NCBI GenBank assembly: GCA_050575255.1
Contig: JBNZDD010013718.1
Coordinates: forward strand, 3,848,540 to 3,912,539
Origin: Harriotta raleighana
Lineage: Eukaryota
DNA: 64,000 nt
Reading direction: 5' to 3'
Shown: one piece after another, positions 12,469 through 22,495 of the stretch
Layout: the number at the start of each line of letters is the position of its first letter
How positions within the stretch are numbered: position 1 is the first letter of the stretch
Position numbers and translations under genes: made by a program
Notes under the pieces: model-generated
The model's database searches: none
Told to the model about the DNA's origin: nothing
The model's input: only the letters and a program-made list of their open reading frames with translations

Positions 12469-13092
12469 TAGTAAAAGCCTGTTTATCCAGCACCCGTGGG
12501 AAAAGGCCAGTGCCGGTTAAACGGCTTTCTAGTTGAATTTTTTAAAAAAAATTAAATTAAAAATTATTTTAACACTTATCATATTAATAATAGACTAAAT
12601 AATAACAGATAATAACAATATTGTATAGGTATTTTATTGTAAATGTTATACACTGTACCATATCAATAATAGATTAAATACAGTAATAACAGATACTGTA
12701 ATAACAAAATATTGTATGGCTACTTTATTGCAAATGTTGAACACTACTTTATAAATAATAGACTAAATACAGTAATAACAGATACTATAATAACAGAATA
12801 TTGTATAAGTACTTTATTATTTATACTTAACTTCTGCATTGGCGGCCCCCCATGTAGGAAAACAAAATGGCTACGCGACTTTTAAAAAAAAACGGCAGTA
12901 GCGCGACTTTAGGGTGATTAACGGCCAGCCGGTATAGCTGCACAGTACTCGCGTGTGACAATCGATTCATTAAATGCGTCATTGCTATTCTACTGGATAA
13001 CTTCCGGTTTATCGAATCAGGACTTTTTTCTTGAGGTGCCGGTGCAACGGGTTTTCTGGTTCATCAAGTCATGGATAAACAGGCTTTTACTC
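12469..13092. mobile_element. Non-autonomous Tc1/mariner-pogo(Tigger)-type MITE, copy 1 (624 bp)
   Basis: TIRs (T)AGTAAAAGCCTGTTTATCC ... GGATAAACAGGCTTTTACT(C); TA on both flanks (12467-68, 13093-94); three internal ~80-bp AT-rich tandem units; colinear second copy at 59007-59637. Confidence 0.9.
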
Positions 13093-15164
13093 TATTTAGA
13101 TACAAACGTCCCTTTAAAGCTCAACAGTCAACTGGACCTCACAAGAGTGACACTATTTCACAACTCATTCATAACTGCATGGCTTGTTTTTGGATCATTA
13201 AATTGATGTGAGCTTCACAGAGTTTTCTGTTTGATGGGAGAAATCCACAATTACAATACGCTAAAAATTGAAGTACTGCAGTGACCTTTATTTCCTTGTT
13301 AAAAGGATAGTGGAAATGAATTTGATGCATAAATGTGTTTGTGGTGTGTATTCCGTACAGTAAATACCTGACACTTCGACCCTGGCTTAACTTGTCACTA
13401 TCACTGAAGTCATTATCCTGGACACATTTATTTATGTATTTATACATATACCCAACTCACCACTCCTGACAACTCATCACTGAGTCCTTTTGCCTTGGAG
13501 TGATGAGTTAGCAGGAATTTATATTACAGTATTTGCATTACATGTTTTTCCTTAAAGTCTTTGCAGAAGTGTAAGATTTTAATGATACATTCAGAGTAGT
13601 AACTAACTGACAACTTTCAACAAGAATCAAAGTTTTACTTCACTGTAAACAGATACAGTGTCAATATTATTGATGAAATCATTATTTTTGATGTCCAAGC
13701 TATCAAAACCCAACAGATTTGCACTTTCAATGTGATGTGCAAGTGACATACACCGTATGTTATTGCATCTAGCGCAAAGTAAAATAACATGTAGACTTTC
13801 AATGGCAATACAGTGACACTCAACCACTATTCAACCCATGGTAACATAGGCAGATTGGGTCGCTGTTGTTATGAATATTTGCTTCTCAGTGAAAGAGCAC
13901 CAAATGACATTTTAATGTCAAAAGCTATCTTGGGGAATTTTAAACAGGAGTTTTAAAAAAACACAGCCTAAATGACATGGAATAGGCAAACATAGAACCA
14001 GATATTTCTGTAGTTTTCTTTTCAATCGAGTCATAAATCATCATTGATTTACATACCAGCAGATGCTACATACAAACAAAACCAGTTTCAACATGTAAAC
14101 ATCATTCTACGGCTGATTTAAAATACGAGTCAATTGTTTTTATTTAATGCTGTCAATTTGCAATTTTTTCCAAATTTATTTTGAAATAAATTTTAAAGAG
14201 CTCCGCATTGAGAAATCTACCCTTTTAAAAAAATTATAGGTTTCAGTGAAACTGTGATCTTAGAAGTCCTCTCCCAGTCTTTCACTGTTGGGATCTCATT
14301 TTAAACTATCCAAATGTTATTTCAGCATTTCTTAGTGAATATTCATTGTATCTGCACTTGATTCCTTACCTATTGCCAATAAATTGACAACCACATTCTG
14401 AAATTGAGATTGAAATTAAGGGCGAAGTAGGAGAGATTTCCTCTATATCTGTCCAGGTTTTAACTGCACTACAACTGCTTGGCGATGACAGAAAAAACAA
14501 GAGAAGAAAAGTGTCATATTCCTGATCTTAGGAGTCCTCTCCTTAATGAGAAAAAAAAGAAAAGGGGAGAAAGAAAAACCAATACTCACATACTGATCTT
14601 GAATTTCAAAACATTTTATGAAATATAATTTATGGGAACTCCTGTAAAAATAATCTAAAATGGTGCAGTTAAGCACGGTAGTTAGTGTTCAGTTGTTAAC
14701 ATTAGGCTGAATGCAACAATATAGGGTCTAGTCTGTAAAATGTAAAAATATGCACAACTGTTGCATAGAACACACTGTGTCAAATTCTTCAGAGAGATTT
14801 TTTTGTGCAATAAACAGGACACAAAACAAGACTACCTATTAAGATCATAGTATATACTTTAATGATATGCTGTTTGTTATTAATGGAATGCCATTGGATT
14901 GAAATATCCCTGGCCTAAGGGAAAGGATGGCACTTAGGTCTTGAGCTAAATGAATTTTACCTCCGTCCTTTTTTGTCAGAGAAAGGGCAGGCAGAATAAG
15001 CTCAGTACTTTTGATTCACAGAAGCTTTTTGTTGTACAGTACTTTGTGCCTCCAAGGTTTTATTCAAGAACGGTTAAATTGAAAAGCTAGGAGCAATAAT
15101 ACTTTTCTTGTTTGAGTGAAGTCATCTGTAGTTCATACAAGATTGATTCACAAGGATGCTGAAT

Positions 15165-15425
15165 GACATGCAAAGTCTTCCAACGTGATCATCGAGGTTT
15201 CAGCCTCTCTGCCCCCCAACTTCTGGAACTCCATACCACAATCCCTCCGCCTTGCCCTTTCCCTGACCTCCTTTGCCTCAAGACCCTCCTCTTCCATGGT
15301 CCCATCATTCACCCCAAATCCACCCCTTTCCCTCCACACTCCCTGTCCCCGACCCCAGCTCAGCTCCTTGGGACGTCCTTCTAGCATGAAAGGCACTACA
15401 CAAGTGTAATTTTGTTCTTGTTTGA
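15165..15425 (+). mobile_element. L2 3' end
   Basis: Encodes RGFSLSAP / FWNSIPQSLRLALSLTSF (L2 ORF2 C-terminus), then a C-rich UTR and the tail GGGACGTCCTTCTAGCATGAAAGGCACTACACAAGTGTAATTTTGTT. Confidence 0.85.
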
Positions 15426-15574
15426 AAAAAAAATTCTGCTCCCCATCCAATTCCGTTAGTCAATATAGTGATGACAACACTTTTTTTTAAGGGTTGTGTA
15501 ATAAAGAGAAAAAGAAATGAAAATAACTCCAAAAGCAAAGATCACAGTTCAGAAATAAATCAAATTATTATTTG

Positions 15575-15665
15575 GACTAGACGTTAAACCAAGATCCTGT
15601 TTGCCTGTTCAAACAGATGATAAAGATCCCATGGCGCTATTTGAAAAGAGAAGGGAGTTTCTTAA
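15575..15665 (+). mobile_element. Deu-SINE core fragment
   Basis: AGACGTTAAACCAAGATCCTGTTTGCCTGTTCAAACAGATGATAAAGATCCCATGGCGCTATTTGAAAAGAGAAGGGAGTT, same core as 53300-53500. Confidence 0.7.
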
Positions 15666-15711
15666 TTTTTTTGAGGGATTATTGCCCCCAATCAATTGCT
15701 AGTTAAATGGA

Positions 15712-15820
15712 AGCATGTGGAATAAGGAAACTTGCTAAGGTTTTGTCTCACCTGGTAATCAAACCCAGGTCCTCTCGATTTTGAAGCATGTGAACTAACA
15801 ACTATGCTATGTAGACTCCA
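15712..15820 (-). mobile_element. tRNA-derived SINE head
   Basis: Minus strand GGACCTGGGTTTGATTACCAGGTGAGACAAAACCTTAGCAAGTTTCCTTATTCCACATGC, homologous to 34130-34225 and 1505-1580. Confidence 0.75.
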
Positions 15821-16619
15821 TAGCCACAATGTTTAGATTACCATTTGTGTGATATCCCCCATGAACACAGCTCACCAGAAAACATAAAAAGCATCATTAT
15901 CCGTTCAGCGTAACCACCCAATAACTAGTTACTGATTGTCGCTGCAATGGTCCACTGACACTGGCTTCCTGAAGCTACCACAGAGCACAGATTCTTGTCA
16001 AACTGTAACCTGAAGAAAATTGCTAACAATTCATTGCAAGTGCAATTGCCTCAATTGCCCTGATATTTGACTTGAATCATATGTCATTAGGTGTGATTTT
16101 AAAAGTGTGTTTTGAATGTATACAATGATGACATACGATAGTATATGTATAGTCTAGCCTCAAGAAATGTTCAACTAAAGCATCTTTAACAGGAAATAGT
16201 TTTGTATCCTCTGAACCATCATGGTAATGATGACCTTTAAGTAAGAGTTCTGCCGAGATTGTCTGCTTTTTCTTTGCTGCAGGAAATGTTTGATGGCCAT
16301 TGATCAAATGTTATGCTAACATACTTTGTACCTCAGGCTACCAATGAAAAATTGTATAGATATAAAAACCACATCAGTTCCCCAAAAAAATTGTAAACGT
16401 GTTTTCTCTTGGATAAAGAAATAATTGGTGGATTTGAACCTTTTAGTAATGGTTCCAATGCCTTGGGACGTCTTCCCGACATGAAAGGTGCTATACCAAT
16501 GTAATTTTGCTGTTGTTGTTTCATATTCATAAATATAAATCCATGCATTTATTGAGGCATTGCGAGAATAGAATTGGTATTTTCTTTGTCAATTTATAGT
16601 TTAAATTAATTAAATTATT

Positions 16620-16870
16620 ATATAGAATTTCATGGCATGAAAACAGACCATTTGGTGAAACTCTGCTCCAGCCTCCACCTCTCCTGTATTCCTCTATTCC
16701 CTTCTCCCTCATGTATGCCTCAAGCTTCCTCTTAAATGTGTTAATGCATTTTGTTTCTATCACTGTTTCTGACAGCAAGTTCGACATTCTCACCACCCTC
16801 TATGTAATGAGGGTCTTCCTAAGCTCCCTTTCACTTCTTCTACAAGCTATCTTATGTTTATGTCTGTCAT
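16620..16870 (-). mobile_element. CR1 LINE 3' end
   Basis: Minus translation VRMSNLLSETVIETKCINTFKRKLEAYMREKGIEEY is the CR1 ORF2 C-terminal motif, followed by ..CAAATGGTCTGTTTTC.. and an ATTCTATA tail. Confidence 0.85.
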
Positions 16871-17744
16871 TTGGGATCTGCACCCCAGTTAGCATCAGGG
16901 AGAATGCTTTATCTCACACCATTGCCCTCTTCTGTTCCTATGTACAATATGCTTGATTTGCTCGAAATTTGGTGAATATTTGTATAAACTCATTCTTTCT
17001 GTACAATACTTAACACTTTCTTTTCTGTAAAGTACCCGATAGTGGACGTCCACTTTAAAGAGGGCTACAGCTCTCAAAGTCAACTTGTTTTGTTATGGTT
17101 TCTGGAGATGCAGGATCAGGTATTGTATTACGTCAAATATTATACTGTATTAATCATTTCACTGATCTGGTCTGCAACATGGTGTACAAGTGGAAATTGC
17201 ATTTTAAACAAACTAAAAATACATGCCTGAAATGCCTCTGGCATACATGGAATATTGATTCAATTTAAATGCTATCAGTAGCCATTCAGTTTCCCAATAA
17301 GAAAGGGGGATGGAGGGGTATCAAAGCTCCACCCCTTCTAGGTCTGGCTGACAGTCTCATATATAACCAAATGTATCGAGGGAGCTACAATTAGTTGATT
17401 AATCAAACATAAATTGATTACAGCTGTAGACAATTAAATTTTTATTATAAATGAGTTCTTAAAACCACGCCTCCCACCCCCAGCACCCCCAGCACCCCAC
17501 TCCACCCAAATTCTTTTTTCCAGAAACAATTTTTTGAATCACGCTACTAATACAAAAGCAATGTTGTCCACTAGGCTGCACAAAACTTTGAAATGTTACC
17601 TGATTATCTATCATCTTAAAAAAGATACATGTATGGGAACGCCGATGCTAAAATTATTTGCCTAGTCTGATTTATCATATATTATCAATGGTCATTATTG
17701 TTCATTGCACAGAACATCACCCAGAAATCCCATCGCATTGGGTA

Positions 17745-18007
17745 ATGAGGAGCTGAGGTGAAATTTTTTCACTCAGTGAGTTGTTTCAATCTGGAATGCA
17801 TTGCCTGAGAAGGTGATGGACGCTGATTCAATAACAGCTTTTAAAAGAGAATTAGATCTTTATTTAAGGAGAACGGGTATGTTAGGTTATGGGGAGAAGG
17901 CTGGGCAGTGGGATTGAGTAGCTCTTTTCAAAGAGCCGGCACAAACTAGATGGGCCAAATGGCTCCCTTTGTGCCATAAACTTCTATGATTGTATGATTC
18001 TGTGATT
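17745..18007 (+). mobile_element. CR1 LINE 3' end
   Basis: EELR*NFFTQ*VVSIWNALPEKVMDADSITAFKRELDLYLRRTGMLGYGEKAGQWD*, then GATGGGCCAAATGG and a degenerate (ATTCTATG)n tail. Confidence 0.92.
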
Positions 18008-18531
18008 TCTCCGCTGGCTGGTCCCATGCACACTTATGATGAGGCCGGCAGCTCCCGACTAAAAATGATTCCTCGGCTGATCGGCCCCATGCGCAATGCA
18101 TCCTTGGGTTAATACAATAACTTTTCGGCCTCGGAGCATCCTATGACATTGCATAGTAAACAGAAGACACTGAGAGAGATAGAGTCTCCTAATAGTAATT
18201 TAGCCTAGCTGTTGTTTTATTGATTTTTTTTTGTAATTGCTTTACTGCTTTGTTATCGCTTTGTAGCAATAAAGCGATAACAAAGCTGGCTGTAACCTTT
18301 CTGTATCTCCCATCCCAACCGCCTGTGGCTCTCTGCCCCCCGCCCGCCCCCGAGCAGCTCTCTACTCTCTACCTCCCCGAGTCCCCCCCGCCCCCAAGCA
18401 GCTCTCTGCTCCCCCGCCCACCGCTCTTCCCGATTTCCCTCTGCCTCTCTCCCGGGCGCCCCCTGATTTGCCCACTTCCTGAGAGGTATGAGAGACGAGA
18501 TCTGCGCTTTTTTGGTAAATATTTACCCTGA
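18008..18531. other. CpG-rich, C-rich element of uncertain class (probably a young repeat) with internal perfect hairpin
   Basis: Local CpG and GC enrichment relative to flanks; perfect 16-bp stem at 18247-18286; C-rich subrepeats CCCCCGAGCAGCTCTCT / CCCCCAAGCAGCTCTCT. Confidence 0.4.
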
Positions 18532-18975
18532 CTATTTTGACAATGATTGATATGAAAATAAAGTTAAATTTGACTGAAGCAGATTATGAATTTGGAGTTC
18601 TGGAAAAAATTAGTGACCATGCTTGCTGTTTTTTCTCTATTGATTCAGTTTAGGATTTTATACACAATGCCTAAAGAATTGAAACAATTCTTACGATAAC
18701 CCAGGTTCACTCACGGTCTATCAATTGCTCAGAAATCTTATAGTGCATACAGCAATTTAACCTTTAATAGAATTTAATAGAACATATTTCTTATCATTTT
18801 CCATAAGGAATGTAACAAACTTTGTGTGAATACTGAAAACAGACTTTCTGAATAAGGATAACAAGGTGCCAAAAGAATAAATGTTATGTAAATAATACAG
18901 AAAATGGGAAAAGCCATTCAGAATGATATAAAATGAAAGTAGGAGACAGATTCTGAAGATTAATAGTTTCTATTA

Positions 18976-19530
18976 TTCTCATTTCTACACACTATCAAAG
19001 TAATTAGCTGCCATTAAACAATCTAGGAATTGGTAACATGTTTGATAAATTTTATCCTGTTTGAGCCAGTGACCTACAGAAAAGTATAATTCTCTTACAT
19101 GTATTCGGATCATAGGCATGTTGACTTAATACAATTTTACATATGTTAAAATTATAGGTTTTCATTTAAATAAGTTTACAACCAATACAACCAAGTACAG
19201 CTGGATAAAATTCCATCTCATTTGATTTTTCGTACATTCAGGAATGTGCCTTTTCACCGCATACAGATGTTTAGAATAGAGTTTGCAGTTATGGTGGTCA
19301 GATCCTTGGATTAATGGTGGATAATTTGCCATGAGTTGGTATTGCTCAGACTCAGCACTCCATAACACCAGCCCTGCTTCCATATGGGCAGAAGCAGCTG
19401 TTGTGATTAGTTTCCGTGCCCAGATGTGTCAGATGAGACATCTACTTTAATCCACAACGGCACTGGTACTCTGTGGTGTACATCATACTGTTTGGCAGCT
19501 AATTACTTTGATAGTGTGTAGAAATGAGAA
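18976..19530. repeat. Perfect 38-bp inverted repeat (18976-19013 / 19493-19530)
   Basis: TTCTCATTTCTACACACTATCAAAGTAATTAGCTGCCA and its exact reverse complement TGGCAGCTAATTACTTTGATAGTGTGTAGAAATGAGAA, 479 bp apart. Confidence 0.95.
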
Positions 19531-21344
19531 GCTGTGTGTTGTAAAAGGACTTTTACAAACAGCAGAACGCCAGCTGTCACCAGATAGCCCAGTGTTGTGT
19601 GATTGATGTATTTTGACCACAGTCTTTCAGCTGAACATCGATACTACACAGTTCAACCAGATTTTTTTTCAAAGTAATGTTGAAATTATTCTGTTAGCTT
19701 TGAAACAACTTCTTGAGGTCTGTTCATCTCTTGCTTTGAAGTTGGATGACTTAAGTGGCCATAAAAGAGCAGCTATTGCCTGACCTAGATACGTGCAAAA
19801 TTAGCTTTGGCTTTGACTATTTACACTGATGGTATTAAGCAGAGCACACTGTGACACAAAACCCAGCTGTGGAATACAGTAAAATACTGGCTATTCCATT
19901 TAATATTTTATTTCAACTAGGAAGTAGCATCCTGTGTGTGATGATAATAAATGGTTAGATTAGTTACTGCTGTTTCACTAGAGCTATGTTGATATTGTTA
20001 TATGTCTGGCACAGTGGGAATACAATTTTCACTTCAGTGCATACTTCAAAAAAATTACACCAGGGGAGAAAAAAACAGTTTTTTTTTAAACAGCAGGAAT
20101 AACTGAGCAGTACTAGATATGATATTAATTATACAAAAATAAATTATCAACAATAATGTATCATTTTAGCTTTCTCTGTTCTTAAAAGATATTTTAAACT
20201 TTTTAATTGGCAATTCTTATTGGTTTCATGATTGCATTTATGTTTTTCTCCCAAGAGCAATTTTTACACAATATATTACAGGAGAATGGGGGCACAATGG
20301 CTGAAAGCCCATTCACCAATTGATGGGGGGACAGGGGACAGGAAGCAGACTTGTTTTGCAACAGTGTTCACTGAATGAAGGGATCAAAAAGGTTGGTAAG
20401 GTTGCAGATATAGCTAAATACGGGGAACAGACAGGTGTCTGACACACGGAAAACGATTACCATGCACAAGAGTATCCAAAGCAAACTGAGAATTCCATGC
20501 ATCCCACCTACAAATGGAGATTCCAGAGATAGATTAATCAAATGGAATACGCGTTATCTTCTGTAGACAAAGACAATGTGCAAGATTGTCAGAAGTGTTG
20601 CACTGAACTCTGCACTCCTATTTTGTTTCCCACAATATCCTAGTTCTCTTTCCTTTTTTTAAAAAAAATCTATCCGATATTGCATACTGTTTAAGCCAAG
20701 CTGTTTGCCACATGTCAATCTATCAGAGATATGCGAATACAGAAAACAATAATCTGTCAACTAGAAGCTGTTGCTTGGTAGCACGAAATGACTGTGATAA
20801 TACTTGGGAGTGACAATAAATGGATGGATGACCATCAGCTTCTAAGACAACACACATGGGTGACTGATACCATCTAATTCAAGGTCACTTAGAATTATGA
20901 CATTCTAAATTCTAAGACAGACTGATTTCAACGTAGCTCCAGCTCAGAACGTCATTGGACAGCGATTGTAAAAGAGAACTGGAAAGCCAGCCTGGTCCCT
21001 GAAGTAAAAGATCATTTTTCATAGACATGAACAACAGCTGGGCGGAACACCATTTATACAAGTCACGTGGCCTGTGGGACAGTGATTAATTTTTTGATCG
21101 TCTGCAACTCTGAAACAAACAGTTGTGTCTCGCATGAACTCAAGGCGTGAGGCACGTACAGTAGATAGAACAAATGTGACTTGAAGTCTAGATATGAGAG
21201 TGCAAGACAAACTTTGAACTGGTTCCATGTGAAATTCAAAAACACATCTCATCTAACCCACTGCTTCGGAAAGAAAAGAAAATCAGATTTAAAGCTTATG
21301 ATATATATAATATAAATAATTGCAGAACTTACAAAACATCTTTA

Positions 21345-21590
21345 CAATAATAATCTTTGCATGTAGTGTCACGTCTTTCACATCAGGAGGATGTCAACGT
21401 GTATCACAGAACAGACATCCCCCACCAATTTTTTGAAATAATTATCGTTGTATTTGAAGAAGTGCCTTACAATATCATTGTGATGTCTCAAAGCACTTCA
21501 TAGGATGTAAAGTGTAGTGACTATTTTATGGGCCAATATGGCAGCAATATTTGACAAACAGCCACAAAGAGAATGACCAATTTTATTTGA
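21345..21590 (-). mobile_element. SINE/L2 3' tail fragments (two adjacent)
   Basis: CTTTCACATCAGGAGGATGTC and GATGTCTCAAAGCACTTCATAG...GTGTAGTGACT...ATGGCAGCAAT are reverse complements of the shared tail and Deu core. Confidence 0.65.
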
Positions 21591-21754
21591 ATGAATGTTT
21601 ACAACTCTACAGTCACCAAGCCAGTCAGGAAACAACATATTCTAAACTGTACCCCAGATCATTCACTCCCAGATCCCCCACTCTATGTCCCTCAATAATA
21701 ATATGAGGCTACATTAATCTTATAAAATTACATTTTCTAAACATCTGTGATCAG

Positions 21755-22495
21755 GGCTCTGTCTTCCTTCTTGTCCTCCTTGATCTTTTTGCTGCCTTCG
21801 ATACTGTCGACCATTCCATCCTCCAACACCGCCTCTCCTCCCAGCTCAATCTTCAGGGACCTACCCTTGCCTGGTTCGACTCTTACATTTCTCACCGTCT
21901 CCACTTTGTCACCACCAACGGCTTCTCATCCAGCCCCAGACTCATCTGTCCTTTACCCCCTACTTTTTAACACCTACGTGCTCTCGCTTGGTTGACATCA
22001 TCCGCAGACATGTATGCAGATGAAACACAACTCTATCTTTCTGCCTCTACCCTCACTCCAGGACAACTTGGACAGTATCAAATCCTGGGTCAGAGCTAAC
22101 TTTCTACAGCTGAATGCCAACAAAATTGGCTTCCCATCACGCAGAAGATCCAATTCAAGAACCTGGTTCTTGAATTCAAAGTCTTCCACGACCTGCTCTG
22201 GCCTGCTCCACGTCCCCTGACCCACCTGCCCCACCATTGGCAGGTGATATTTCAGCCACTTTTCCCCCAAACTCTGGAATTCCATCCCATGGTCTCTTCG
22301 CTTTACCCCTTCCCTGGCCTCCTTCAAGTTCCATCGCAAAACCCTCCCCTTCGACGGTCCCATTGGACACCCCAAATCCCACCCTTTCCCTCCACCCTCC
22401 TTATACCTGACCCCAGATGTGGAACAATAACTGTCCAGCACCTTGGGATGTCCTCCTGATGTGAAAGTCACTATACAAGTGTAATTTCGTTATCG
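21755..22495 (+). mobile_element. 5'-truncated, internally deleted L2 element (RT domain to 3' tail)
   Basis: Frameshifted translation LVLLDL.AAFDTVDHSILQHRLSSQLNLQGPTLAWFDSY..SVLYPLLFNTYV..MYADETQLYLS..SIKSWVRANFLQLNANK; ends GCACCTTGGGATGTCCTCCTGATGTGAAAGTCACTATACAAGTGTAATTT. Confidence 0.93.

Noticed and set aside
12586-12820. CRISPR-like array
   Set aside because: Degenerate head-to-tail AT-rich tandem units without unique spacers, inside a MITE in vertebrate DNA; no cas genes.
18976-19530. Inverted repeat as transposon TIRs
   Set aside because: No target-site duplication, termini fit no superfamily signature I know, and there is no second copy in the window.
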